DNA from: Okamejei kenojei
Lineage: Eukaryota
Assembly: GCA_035221665.1 (NCBI GenBank)
Contig: CM069151.1
Coordinates: 37,820,001 to 37,884,000 of the forward strand
Direction of reading: 5' to 3'
DNA: 64,000 bases
Below the pieces are notes generated by a model, which made no database searches, was not told the DNA's origin, and saw nothing but the letters and a program-made list of their open reading frames with translations. The position numbers and the translations under genes are program-made. Of this stretch, positions 13,945-28,200 are shown piece after piece (position 1 is the first letter of the stretch; each line of letters starts with the position of its first letter).

Positions 13945-14910
13945 ACATAGAAACATAGAAACATAGAAAATAGTTGCAGGAGGAGGCCATTCGGCCCTTT
14001 GAGCCAGCACCGCCATTCATTGTGATCATGGCTGATCATCCCCTATCAATAACCTGTTCCTGCCTTCTCCCCATAGCTCTTGACTCCACTAGCCCCTAGA
14101 GCTCTATCCAACTCGCTCTTAAATCCATCCCGTGATTTGGCCTCCACTGCCCTCTGTGGCAGGGAATTCCATAAATTCACAACTCTCTGGGTAAAAAAGG
14201 TTTTTCTCACCTCCGTCTTAAATGACCTCCCTTTTATTCTAAGACTGTGGCCCCTGGTTCTGAACTCACCCAACATTGGGACCATTTTTCCTGCATCTAG
14301 CTTCTCCAGTCAAAGTAAAAAAAAGTCAAACAAACTTCATTGTCATTTAGAAATACATCGATATATGCAATTCCAAACGAAATTCCGTTGCATTTGGCTC
14401 CCCGTGCAACAGAAGGATAAAATGGATAAAAATGGATAAAAGGATAAATAGGCAATGGTGGCAGCCCATTACATGGCATTCAGGAGTCTGATGGCTCGTG
14501 GGAAGAAGCTGTTGCATAATCTTGCTGTTCTGCTCCTTATGCTACGATATCTGTTGCCCGAGGGCAGCAGTGTGAACAGTCCGTGATGGAGATGTGTGGG
14601 GTCTTTTATAATACTGCTGGCCTTAGACACGCAACGTTTGGTCGCAATATCCCCGATTATAATTAACAGTCCTTTTATAATTTTATATTTTTCTATAAGA
14701 TCCCCCTCATCCTTCTATGCTCCAGTGAATACAAGCCTAGTCTTTTCAATCTTTCCTCATATGACAGTCCCACCATCCCAGGGATCAATCTCGTGAACCT
14801 ACGTTGCACTGCCTCAATCACAAGGATGTCCTTCCACAAATTAGGAGACCAAAACTGTACACAATACTCCAGATGTGGTCTCACCAGAGCCCTATACAAC
14901 TGCAGAAGAT
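13945..14910 (-). mobile_element. CR1-type LINE fragment interrupted by a Rex1-like 3' end (about 14310-14640)
   Basis: ORFs 14046-14285 and 14693-14920 ([15 protein letters not shown]). Confidence 0.88.
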
Positions 14911-17244
14911 GTGAAACCATTGTGCCTAAGAAAATGGAAATACCCTTGCAAAACTGTACTCTGCTTAGAACACAGGGTGGGGCTGTGAAAACAGTTCACC
15001 AAGAGACTCCACAACAAAAAGGAGAAAGTGAGCTGGTGCATGTACAGGTGAACTGGAGGACGCTAACACATTTAGCAATGTCATTGAAGGCCACATAGCA
15101 ACCAGGAAATCGTCTGTGATGCATTTGCATCTAAATAAGTCGTGCAATGAATGATGTCGCCACACATGTGACCTAAACATTCTACCTTCCAAATTGTAGT
15201 CATTGTTGTGTCCTGTAAGAAAATACATACATGTTCTGAAAGTGTCTCGTTAAGATAATTAGGGATAAACCTACCACCTCTGGGCATCCCCAAACATGCT
15301 TCACCTTCTTCATCCCACAGAAATATTTTAATAAACTGTGTCGTTTTTGTTCTCTCTTTCCAGATTGAGGTGTGCATGGCCAGGTTTGGCAGTGATTCTG
15401 AGAAGAGAGCAACAAAGGATCTCTATACTCTGCCACATTTCCAACCCAACCATTGGATTGGGTCACTATGCTGAAGCTATGGATGTTTATTACGGGCATA
15501 TTGTTTTCTAGGTTTGCATCGATCCTCATGGAAGGTAAAAGATACTCTCGGCTTCACTTAGAATGTTTTAGAAAAGAACATAAATGAAGAAATCACCTGC
15601 ATTTATACAAAGACACGAGGAACTGTTGATGCTGGAATCCTGAGCAAAACACAAAGTGCTGGAGGAACTCAGCGGGTCAGGAAGCATCTGTGGAGGGAAT
15701 GGACGGGTGATGTTTTGGGTTGGGACCTTTCCAATATGTCATCAGTCCATTCCCTCCATTGATGCTGCCTGATTTAGTAAGCTCCTCCAGCACTTTGCCT
15801 TTTGATCTGCATTAATATAGGGCTTGGCTTGGCTTATACAGATGTGGCTTTTGTAACTCCTGAGCCATTGAATTGTATTTTCTATTGTAATGCTGAAAAT
15901 ACAGCAATCAATTTGTGTAGAATAATGTACATGAACAATGAAAACATGACCAAATCTCCTGTTCTGTGAAGATGTTTGAAGGATAAACATTATCCAGGAT
16001 TGTGGAGGAAATCCCTTCCTTTTTTTCAAACATGCAACAATATTTTCCACCTGGAGTAGAAGAAAGGGACAACTTTTAATATCTATATTGACATTTTTGA
16101 ATTCTGGAGGGATAGTTAATGTTACAAATGCAACAAAGATTGAAATTATGGAGTTGTATGAGAATGAGGAAACAGCCCCTCTCGGCCCTTCCAGGTGCCG
16201 AATAGTCCCAACTGCACTCATCCATTCCCTTCACGATTTTAAAGCTCATGTCAATTCTCATGTCATGACTCTTGTTTGAATCTTCCCTACCCTCAATTCT
16301 CCACGTCTAACCTTCACCTTCAAAAGTCCCCCCTTATTCCAAAGAATAAAGACCTAACTTTCTCTGTAACATAGTTGCTGGAACGGGACATGAAACTAGG
16401 CGAAAACCCAGAATTGGTTCTTACCATGCAGAATAAAGCCCATAACCGTCCTATTTTGACATCTCCCACACAGACATGGTCACATTACCATCACCCATTG
16501 AATCCATCTTGCTATCATGTGACTGCCACATAATTGCCCTTTGTTAATTTCTGTCTTATTTCTACACTAGAGGACCTGCAGACTTATCCACTTTTAATAT
16601 TTTTCAAAAGTTCTTTCCTCTCTTTTGAATCTATACTAGAGTTCAATATCCTTCTCCTTGGTGATACCGAAGAAAATAAATTGTCCATTCAGATTTGTTA
16701 TCCTTTTGGTCCAAAAGTTATCCTTTTGTTAATGAAGCTTAGCCAGCCTTCCTATTGAGTTTTCACTCTTCTACCTAATTTCTTCATTAAGGAATGTTTC
16801 CTGACCTCTCTCTTGAATGACCTGGGTCTTATTTAAGGGTTATGTCCCCTTCTCCAACTCTCATCCACCAGCAGAAATGTTTATTTCTCTCTACCCTTCA
16901 AATTCTTTCAAAATCTTGGAATTTCAGATAGACTATCAATGAACTCTCTATCTTCTGGGGTTACCAAGCCTGTTTTATGAAATAATATAAACTTTGTAGT
17001 TTTGACATTACATCAATAAATTCTTAAGGTGTTGTGCAATGTAGATATGAAATTCTCCCCCCCTGCCTGTTTAGATCCCCCAGTGGATCATTGCCCAAAT
17101 TAATTTCAGCAAATCAGCAAACGAATCATTGATTTCCTGGTAAAGATGGGACACATTTTTACTCATCTCCACATTATGCAATTATCACAAATGTTACAAT
17201 AGTTTATCAAGGATTGCAAGACTAATGGTAATCTCCTCCAGTTA

Positions 17245-18845
17245 CAGTGGCTTGCAAATGTTTTCATACCCCTTGAACTTTTCCACATTTTGTCACGTTA
17301 CAACCACAAACGTAAATGTATTTTATTGGGATTTTATGTGATAGACCAACACAAAGTGGCGCATAATTGTGAAGTGGAAGGAAAATGATACATGGTTTTC
17401 AAATTTCTTTACAAATAAAAAACTGAAAAGTGTGGCGTGCAAAAGTATCTAGCCCCCTTTACTCTGATACCCTTAAATAAAATCCAGTGCAACCAATTGC
17501 CTTCAGAAGTCACCTAATTAGTAAATAGAGTCCACTTGTGTGTAATCTAATCTCAGTATAAATACAGCTGTTCTGTGAAGGCCTCAGAGGTTTGTTAGAG
17601 AACATTAGTGAACAAACAACATCATGAAACCCAAGGAACACACCAGACAGGTCAGGGATAAAGTTGTGGAGAAGTTTAAAGCAGGGTTAGGTTATAAAAT
17701 AATATCCCAAGCTTTGAACATCTCACGGAGCACTGTTCAATCCATCATCCGAAAATGGAAAGAGTATGGCACAACTGCAATTCTACCAAGACATGGCCGT
17801 CCACCTAAACTGACAGGCCGGGCAAGGAGAGCATTGATCAGAGAAGCAGCCAAGAGGCGCATGGTAACTCTGGAGGAGCTGCAGAGATCCACAGCTCAGG
17901 TGGGAGAATCTGTCCACAGGACAACTATTAGTTGTGCACTCCACAAATCGGGCCTTTATGGAAGAGTGGCAAGAAAAAAGCCATTGTTGAAACAAAGCCA
18001 TAAGAAGTCCTGTTTGCAGTTTGCCACAAGCCATGTGGGGAACACTGCAAACATGTGGAGGAAGGTGCTCTGGTCTGATGAGACCAAAATTGAAGTTTTT
18101 GGCCTAAATGCAAAACACTATGTGTGGCGGAAAACTAACACTGCACATCATCCTGAACACACCAACCCCACTGTGAAACATGGTGGTGGCAGCATCATGC
18201 TGTGGGGATGCTTTTCTTCAGCAGGGACAGGGAAGCTGGTCAGAGTTGATGGGAAGATGGATGGAGCCAAATACAGGGCAATCTTGGAAGAAAACCTGTT
18301 AGAGTCTGCAAAAGACTTGAGACTGGGGCAGAGGTTCACCTTCCAGCTGGACAACGACTCGAAACATTCAGCCAAAGCTACAATGGAATGGTTTAGATCA
18401 AAGCATATTCATGTGTTAGAATGGCCCAGTCAAAGTCCAGACCTAAATCCAATTGAGAATCTCTGACAAGACTTGAAAATTGCTGTTCACAGACGCTCTC
18501 CATCCAATCTGACTGAGCTTGAGCTATTTTGCAAAGAAGAATGGGCATCAGTAGATGTGCAAAGCTGGTAGAGACATACCCCAAAAGACTTGCAGCTGTA
18601 ATTGCAGCGAAAGGTGGTTCTACAAAGTATTGACTCAGGGGGGCTGAATACTTTTGCACGCCACACTTTTCAGTTTTTTATTTGTAATAAAATTTGGAAA
18701 CTATGTATCATTTTCCTTCACAATTTTGCACCACTTTGTGTTGGTCTATCACTTAAAATCCCAATAAAATACATTTACGTTTGTGGTTGTAACGTGACAA
18801 AATGTGGAAAAGTTCAAGGGTTATGAAAACTTTTGCAAGCCACTG
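17245..18845 (+). mobile_element. Tc1/mariner DNA transposon (IR/DR type), full length
   Basis: TA|CAGTGGCTTGCAAA...TTTGCAAGCCACTG|TA; about 210-bp inverted repeats, each with an inner direct repeat; TA target-site duplication. Confidence 0.96.
17624..18633 (+). pseudogene. Tc1 DD34E transposase, inactivated
   Basis: HTH region, GRPPK, WSDE, LDND and SPDLNPIE motifs. TGA replaces the conserved Trp at 18464-18466, a frameshift follows near 18550, and the remnant ends ...AKGGSTKY*. Confidence 0.93.
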
Positions 18846-18998
18846 TACTATTCAATGCCAATCACTGTCCATTAAGCCCACTCAAATCATCGACCACAAC
18901 ACATCACCTATCACCGGCCACTAATCTCTCCCAGCAGGTAGGGATCAAATGGCTGAATGCTGTAAAGTGAATTGTGAATTTATTGTCATTTACACCAG

Positions 18999-19207
18999 GT
19001 GATCTGTGCTCTGGTGGGCATGATCTTTCTGTTGATATTCAAGAGAATAGTCCGGATGGAACATTCATCGCAAGACTTACCGTGAATGGCAACCTATCCA
19101 CTGGAGAAATACACTTGAATTTAACAGGAACAGATTTGGAGTGGTTTCAAATGGAAGAGAAAATCATCAAGTTAAATGTGCTGCCAACCAAACCTTTGGA
19201 TCGAGAG
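18999..19207 (+). CDS. CDHR5-like exon (EC1: DLCSGG...PLDRE)
   Basis: ccag|GT GAT...CGA GAG|gtacag; lies in ORF 18974-19363. Confidence 0.9.
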
Positions 19208-22200
19208 GTACAGATGGGGGATGGATGGTGGACCTGGGAATCCCGGCACGGGAGATTTGAAGTTTTGAGAGTAACTGATCCATTCAAATTATGCAGGCAA
19301 ATCATTGGTGAAGGTAGAAAATCTTGGAAGTATACAATAGCAACTAATACATGGACCAGTTAAAGAAAGGTGTCATTGTTGGTATTGTTTTATTTTTTTC
19401 CCCTTCCATGTGATTGGATTGAAATCTATGAATTCCTTGACCACAGTAAAAGTATTGAGTGTAGTTCACATGGACTGCAACAGTTTAAGTAGCCACCTTC
19501 TCAACAATATTTAATAATGGGGTGTAAATGGTGGCCTTGCCGGCAGTGCCCAAATCTCATGAATAAACTTAAAAGATATTGTGTGAGCAATGTGAGATTA
19601 CACAAGGCCTGGCCTCCAGGGGCATCATAACTCCTGATAGGGACCATTGGTCATGATTTTGAGAAAGGGACACAAGCAATTTGTACTCACAGCCTCTGGA
19701 ACAGTGAATATGTTGGTTTCTGAATGTGAATACTCCTCTTACCCTAATATTCAGCATGTTGTGTTTCTTTTAACAGCTACTGACCACACCTCTTCTCTTT
19801 GCCACGATAACATGCACTGATATTATTTCTTCAGCTCAGGTACATGGATGTCTGCGAACTTATATTAAGCCTATTTTTCTGTATTTATGCCTGTTGCTTT
19901 GATAAATGGAATGAGATTTGGTGTGATTGGTGTGGTGTGATTAAGTTATAAAATACGATTGTCATTTTCTAATTTGACCTAGATGAGAAGAACAATTTAT
20001 GTCCCTGTCTTGCAAACCAATGATGTTTTGTATCAATAATACCAGTTAAGACCTGTAACTATTGGCTGCGAAATAGACATTTTATGCAGATACCACTCCT
20101 TGATTAATTGGTTGAAAATAGTGAAGTTCTAGAAACTGGTTACCAATTTATAAATACATTAACCTAATTGGAACCCAGTGGAAATGTTTAACATGTTCCA
20201 CATTAATTTGAATTCTGCTACACCTGATGTATGAAACTCAAGTGCTGGGAATCTGCTTGTCATAAGGATCAAGTAATCTACGGTACACAAAAAGCTGGAG
20301 AAACTCAGCGGGTGCAGCAGCATCTAAGGAGCGAAGGAGATAGGCGACGTTTCGGGTCGAGACCCTTCTTCAGGAATGTACATCAACTTTTCTGCTCTGT
20401 GTACATCTCTTTCAAGCAACATCTGTTATTTCCCCTTTTCTCTCGTGTCATAAATACACCTATGTTGAGCACTTTATCTACTCCTGACAGTGGTAAGTTT
20501 CGCTTTTTGACTGCACTTTGGATAAAGGATTGTCTCCTGACTTTCACTTCGATTGATCTTTCATTCCAGTGTCCCCAGCATGTGGTTTTTTTTTCTCACT
20601 TCTCAGAAGTTGCTTTCCCTTGTGACAGCAATGCACTCCTTTGAATTAATAGTAGCTCTATTAGAACAAATTGATGGCATGACTACCTTATAGAATACAG
20701 AATATGGGTTCACTTGAAGCAACCAAAGATATTATTGTAAAGATAGGACAATTAGATAAACGGTGCGTCTGTGGCTGCGACTCGCCTGCAGTCTCTCTTC
20801 CTTCTTTGCCTTATCGTTAATGTTAGATTATGCAATAATCTATTTTTAGTTGTGTATTATGTGGTGGGGGGGAACTTTATTTTATCTCTTTCTTCAACGG
20901 GGATGTGACTATTTGTCCATGTAATATATTCGTTCGCACTGCGGCCTAACATCGAGGAGCTGGGTGGCCTCCAGCTGGGATCGACCTTGAGGGCTCCAGT
21001 CGCAGAGCCTGTGGACTCACGGAGCTGGCTGGCTTTCGGAGGTTGTGGTGGTGTTGCGATTGCGGCTGTGATTCAACTTTCGGAGGCCTAGCAGCTCGCA
21101 GGTCCCTGGTTGGCGACCGACTTTTCGAGAGCTTTAGCAACAGCAGCTTCGTCCGCCCCGAATCGCAAGGCTGGAATCGGCCCATTCGCAGGACCTTTCC
21201 TCGCCCGGCGCAGTCCAGCCACGAGATCTTCCATCGCCCGGCGGGGGCTAGAATATCGGGAGCTTCGATCGCCTTGACGCAGCAGTTTGACTGCCTGACC
21301 ATGGGAGAAGAAGCAAGGAAGAGATAAGACTTTTTTTTACCTTCCTGGAGGAGATTCACTGTGATGGATGTTTCTGTTAAATTTATGTAATTGTGTGTTT
21401 TGTTTGCTTTTTATTGTTATGACTGTATGGAAACGACATTTCGTTCAAATTTTTTTTTGAATGACAAATAAATTAAATTCAATGAGGAAATGTTTCTTTA
21501 ATGCATAATGTCAATACATTCTGGATGCAGTGACTGACAGTGTAAGGGACACAGGAACTGGATAAGCATTTAAAACTAAAATATTGATAGTGTTTCTGAG
21601 AAAACTAGTGAAATGCAGTTGATTAGTTAGAGCCTCTAATGAAGCAGCACCGCCACAATGGGCTGAATGGCCAACTTCTGAGGTGTATGATTTCCTGTTG
21701 TTTCCATTGCCAGTGCACTTCTTACTTCCTCTTCTTCCTGTATTTCATTCTACAACTTTCCTTCTCCTCCTTTTGTAACTTCTTACCCATTACTACATTG
21801 TGCACGTCTGCATTTTGTCCACAAACCTACTACTTCTTTCATCACCTGTCTGACTTTCTTTTATAATTAATTAAATTAGTTTCTACCACTTTATCGGGTA
21901 GGATGTTTCCAATCCCATCAATTCCCAACTCAAACTAAAGGAAAAGAGGAAGATGGGTAGAATAGCAGTGAAATTCATTCTGAAGCTGGTATTTTATTTA
22001 TTGAGTCAATAAATGTTTCTATATTTTTGAAGATTCATCACAGGTTAATGGTGCAAGTCCTTAACGAAAATGATAACTTACCGGTTTTCCTGAAAGAAAG
22101 TGTTCAACCACTCAACATTAGTGAGGTGAGGAACTGACCTTCTGTCTTATAAAACCTGTTTTATTGTTCGTTAAAAAAGAAAGCACTTGCATTTATAGCA

Positions 22201-25200
22201 TGCCTTTACAATTTCATAACATCCCAAAGTGCTTTATAGCTAATGTGCTACGTATTGAAAAGTAGCCATTGCACTGCATAATTTCAACAGACAATTAATG
22301 TGTATCAAAATCCTACAACCAATATGTTTTTTGAAGAACAATTATTTTAATTTGTCAACCTGCGAGGGCTGTAGGGCACTCTTCAGAGACTGAGAACACA
22401 GTTTGATCTAACTCTCTAGTGTAGCAATGAGGGAGTGTCAACTTTCAGGTAAAAGTTAAATCAAAGATTTGTTCACCTACTCAGCTGGATGTAAAAGATG
22501 CTGCAACAATATTAGAAGAGGGGTGAGAGAGTTTTCCCTGGTGTCATGGCCAATACTGATCTCTCAATGAAAGTACATGAAATAATCTGGTCATTATCAC
22601 ATTGCACAATATATTTCCAACATTACAGATGAATATGTTTCCAAAAGTTTTTTTTGCCATCTATGCACTTGGGGTTGTGAAAGACAGTACATAAATGCAT
22701 ATTTATCTTTGAAATCAAAAGAAAATTACAAATGCTGGAAATCTAAAATAAAACCATAAATTGCTGGAAATATTCAGCAGCCCAAATATTTGGGAAGATA
22801 AATAGAGTTAATACTTCAAGTCTGCTGAATATTTCCAGTATTTTCTATTTTTATTTATGTTTTTTATCTTTCAAGCCTATGGCATTAAGTTTCACTTCAG
22901 AATAAACTACTACTTAAAAATTGTCATTTCAATTTCCCAAAGCTTTGAAAGCATCTTTAAACTTTTTTTTTTGCCCCTCCTTCCCCCTCTGACAGCTGAC
23001 ACCTATTGACGAGATTCTCTTCAGGTTGCAGGCTGATGATAAGGATGGTGATGGCCTCATCTACATGGTTGACAGAGCATCGGTAGGTAAAGGTTTGCTC
23101 CAGTTGAGACTGACACAACTACCCAGCAAAGTAGCAAAATAGGTCCCTATATGGGAATAGTAGTTGTTTAGCATTAATAGGCACAGAATGCTATTTGGCC
23201 CATCGCATATGCTCGCACTCTGAAGGAGTCACCAATTAGCACCATTCCCCTGACCTTTCTTGTGTTCCCTTTTAAACTATTTATTTTATTTTATTTTGGA
23301 ACATTTTATTTTATGTTGAGGAGTAGGAATGCTTCCTTCAATTCTACAGATTCACCAGCATACGATCACCATCCATCCCTTCAGACTGGTCTACTTGCTT
23401 TGACTATAGTCAGATTTTAACAATTTTCTTTGTTCTTGATCTCTCTGAATGCTTTGGAAATTGGCTCAAATTAGTGTCTGTTACTAATGAAGGTTTGAAA
23501 GCAAGGATGTGAGGCAGGATGAATACAGTTTTGCTTCAGATCACAGGTGCAGAGTATGCAATAGAATAGAAAGTGTTCAATCGTCAGCAGGTTCACTATT
23601 GTTTGAAAGCTGAACTTCAAATAGATCAAAGCTTGTTTTAGAAACTCAGCGGGTGAGGCAGCATCTATGGAGCGAAGGCATGGGTGATGTTTTAGGTCGA
23701 GACCCTTCTTCACCCGACCCGACCCGAAACATCACTCATTCCATCGCTCCATAGATGTTGCCTCACCCGCTGAGTTTCTCGAGCATTTTTGTCTACCTTC
23801 AATTATTCCAGCATCTGCAGTTCCTTCTTACAGCTTGTTTTAGAATGTGCAGAGAATAACGGAAGTTGGATCTTGTCACTTTGAGACAAAATACAGGTGC
23901 AGAGAGGGCCAATTTCAAGGCCCAACACACAATGCTGAAAGTACTGCTGAAAGATATCTAGCCTACTGCTGGAAAAGCCCATTTTACGTATCCCGCAAAT
24001 ATTTAACTTAATTTGCAGAGTGTAAAGCAGAATCCACATTTGCTCCTGTCTATTTGATGGCCTGTTGTTACTGAAAGGATTGTTCCAACAAGATAATAAT
24101 TTCAATAAATTGCTGTTGAGGAGTAGGAATGCTTCCTTCAATTCTACAGATTCACCAGCATATGATCACCATCCATCCCTTCAGACTGGAAGGGAAAAAA
24201 AGGCCACAATAATCTCAAAGCAGAAGAGACAAAGGTTGCAATGGAAAAGGAGAACAAGGTCCAGTTCAGAGGCCAGCAGGTTGGGAATCTAATGGGTAGG
24301 TTTTCTCTGTCTCCCTGCAATGCAGGTGGACAACTGATGTCTTTCATTTTATCAATGTCAAACTTTGTGTTGTAGAAAGATGCAGAATTCTTCAAGATTG
24401 ACCTACCAAACAGTGGGAACATCCTTCTGGCCCAACGCCTCGATTATGAGAGCAAGAAAGAGTTGGATCTGATTGTTTATGCTATGGTATGAAAACTCAT
24501 TTACCCCATGTAATCTTTGTTCCAATGCGATTTTGCCCGGAGTTTGCTAATGTAGAGTGAACACAACTAGTGGATTGAGCTCTGTAGTTTCTTCCCGAAA
24601 ACCTCCTGTAATTCCTAAGAATGTACCTCCTGACTTAGTTGTACTAACTATCTTAGCACTGAAAATGTTTCTTTACCCTCCTAATAATATCTTTCACACA
24701 GGAAATGAATACCGAGGAGAAATACAACACAACAGCAAAAGTGACCATTAGTGTGTTGGATGGGGATGACCAGTATCCAAGATTTCTTCCATGCAAGTTT
24801 GTGTTACATGGGAAGACCAGAGTCTGCGTCAATCCAACCTACACAGGAAATGTCACAGAAGCAAAGCTACCAGTAAGGGGGAATTCATGCAAATGGGGAA
24901 AGGGTCACAATGAATGTTGAAATTTTGAATTCGCGCCACAAGACTTCCATTTTAACCAACCATGATCTTAGCACAGTTTCCTTTATCGTTTAGAGATACA
25001 GCGTGGAAATAGACCCTTCAGCCCACCGAGTCTGTGCCAACCAGCGATCCCCAATATATTAGCACACTACAAACTAGGGACAATTTACAATTTTTACTGA
25101 AGCCAAGTAACCTAAAAATCTCTATGTCTTTGGAGTGTGGAAGGAATCTGTGGAGTGTGGAGAAAACCCATTAGGGCATGGGGGGGAAACGTACAAATTC

Positions 25201-28200
25201 TGTGCATAAAGCACCTGTAATCAGAATCGAACCTGGATTTCTGGTGCAGTAAGGCAGCAACTCTACTGCTGCGTCACCATGCTGCCCCTCAATATTCCTC
25301 CTCAACATATTCCTCCTCAATACTCGCATGAGGTTTACTGAATTTCATGTTCATAATCTCCCAGTTGGTGCTATCAGCAGAACAATCATAAGAATAAAAA
25401 TTACGCACAACTTCTTAACTTTCTTTGAAGGCTTATTTATTAGCTAACATCTTTTTGATTAAATCAATTTCTAATAATAGGCAATCATCCAATTGGATAA
25501 CAAGGAGCCTGTTTATTTTCCAACTCCTGTGAGAAGGTAGGAGAGGGAATGTTTCATGACCACATTTCAAGTGACTAACTGCAGTTCTGCAGTGCAGTGG
25601 AGTGGTTTATGGCAGGTCTTGTACTGAGATCTCCAGGAGTAGAGTCTTACTGGAGTAAAGACCTCAAGTAGAAATGTCTATATGAAGTTTCTATCACCAA
25701 GGTAGTCTACTGCTGCAGATAGTTGGGTTGCTGTGGTCTGATATAAGGTGGTGCTACAGAAGCCCATCAACAACAACAAATCTCTTTTTTTTTTAAACCC
25801 ATTAAGAAAGCATCAATTCAAAAAGGTGTCTTATTAAGAGAAAGGAAGTATTGTTAGTTGTATTGTATTATTGAAGTATTTCCAGCTATATTTCCATGGT
25901 CCATTAAAATCCATTACAACTATAAATGATTTGTAAATGTATACTCCCAGATCCCCATTGCTCCACAAATTAACTTTTTTTTAAACATTTTCCAAATAAT
26001 ATGATCTATTTTTCTGATCTAAACACACAATGTATGATGACTTTCCAAAACATTAATGGATGGGGGCAGGAGGGGATTGGGAGGGGGGGAGGAGAGGTGT
26101 TTGCAGTTAGCAGTGCCATCTTTCAGAACAAATATTAAACCAAAGTGCTGTGTACTCCCTTGGTGAACTCAATAGTTCTATGGCATTATTTCAAAGAAGA
26201 GCAGGGGATTTATCACTACTTTGATTCATATATCTCTCTCAATATTGACATGCAGCATGTGGGAGGTTGCTGCTCAAAACTATGCTATTTTGTGTAATGG
26301 CAATTATGACCTTCAAATATTATTTAGTAAGCAGATTTTGGAACATTGCAGTTATAAAAAGAGTTCTGTAAATGAAATCGAATGTTTATTCTTATCTTGC
26401 ATAAGACATACAATCTCATTCAGAGCCAGGGGAAGGATGGGTATGTGAACTGGGCAATGCAACTCAGATGCAATACAAGCTGCAGTTGCAACGATGGATT
26501 TAAGATAAAGGTGTTGGAAGCCAGCAGAGGCAGGTTACCTCTCGCATACATGCTGGAGTTCGCCGAACAAAAAGGTCATAAAATGGAAAGTGTCCAATTC
26601 CGATTATTGATTGGTTGCATGTTGACTAAAGTCTTATCAGCAAGACAAGTGTTCCCTATCTTTGCTGACGTCAATCTTTTTGTCTGTTACAGTATCATGC
26701 TCTCCAGCTCTCCCCAGGACCCTTATTAGCAGAAGATGGAGACAAGGGACTTCAGACCCAAATTGCATATTCAATTCTCACAGGTCTGAACTTTAAAAGA
26801 CAATCAAATCAGTCTAAGTGACTACTCTTTTTGCTTGAAATAAATCTGAAAATCATGTCATAGTTTGGAAGGCAGGAAGTATAAGAGGGAATGCTATAAA
26901 TGCACGCGTTTGGGTGAGGATGGCACGAGGTACAACAGAGGTGTGCAGGGGTGAAGTCAGGAGGAGAGCTCAAGTGGTTACAGCTGAATGTAAAGCTGTG
27001 ATAGCATTGGGTCGGTGAAAGAGCTTGGATCTGGGAATGCGAACACTTGGATCGGACATCAGTGGTCCAATCTCAGCGGGTGTGCTCAGGTCTAATCTCA
27101 GCGCGTGTTTAATGAGTTCTGGCATTAGGAGAATTTGGGTAAGATCTCAATGAGTCAGCTGGGTCTAGCAAAAAAAGAAAGAGCTGGAGTCTGGCCTCTG
27201 TTCAGCAAAGAGAGTTTAGGTCCAGTCTGAAGGGTAACTGAGATTCAACAATGGGAGAAATGGGGTCCAGTCTTGGTGGTTGAAATTGGGACTAGCAGGA
27301 AAGACTGGCCACACACAGTACATCTAGTGGAACAGGACCAGTTAGACTTGTCTAGTTCTAACTGTTCCTTCTATTCTTCAGGTGATGATAATGGTAGATT
27401 TGAAGTCAACAATATTACTGGAGCAATGATGATGAGGTGGCCAGTTCGGAGCTTGATGAAGACCCCCTTGTTCTCTTTGACAGTCATGGTAAAGAAAATA
27501 TAATTCATTATTATTTCTGGCATTAAACAAAATCAATGTGACAATGAACAATGAGCCTTTTTTGCAGTTGTTTGGCTTGAACACTGGCACAGTGCTGTAG
27601 TAACTCAACAGGTCTGGTAGCATCCCTGGTGAACATGGATAGGTGATTTTTTTGGGTTGTGACGTTTCTTTAGGTGATGATAATTTTTGGTCGGTTCTTT
27701 GGATGATATAACCATATAACCATATAACAATTACAGCACGGAAACAGGCCCTCTCGGCCCTTCCAGTCCGTGCCGACCATTTGTTTTCCCCTAGTCCCTT
27801 CTACCTGCACTCAGACCATACCCCTCCATTCCCTTCACGTCCATATACCTATCCACTTTACTTTTAAATGTTAAAATCGATCCTGCCTCCACCACTTCTG
27901 CTGGAAGCTCATTCCACACAGCCACCACCCTCTGAGTAAAGAAGTTCCCCCTCACGTTACCCCTAAACCTCTGTCCCTTAATTCTCATGTCATGCCCTCT
28001 TGTTTGAATCTTCCCTACCCTCAATGGGAAAAACGTATCCCCGTCAACTCTGTCTATCCCTTTCATCATTTTATATGGTTATATATACATTTTTTATATG
28101 ATGATAATTTTTAGTCGGTTGAGGGCGCTGCGAGTCGGCTGCCCTGCCAGCAGCATGTTCGTTATTTTGCCTTTCTTTGTTTTTTTTAAGTGTGTTCAAA

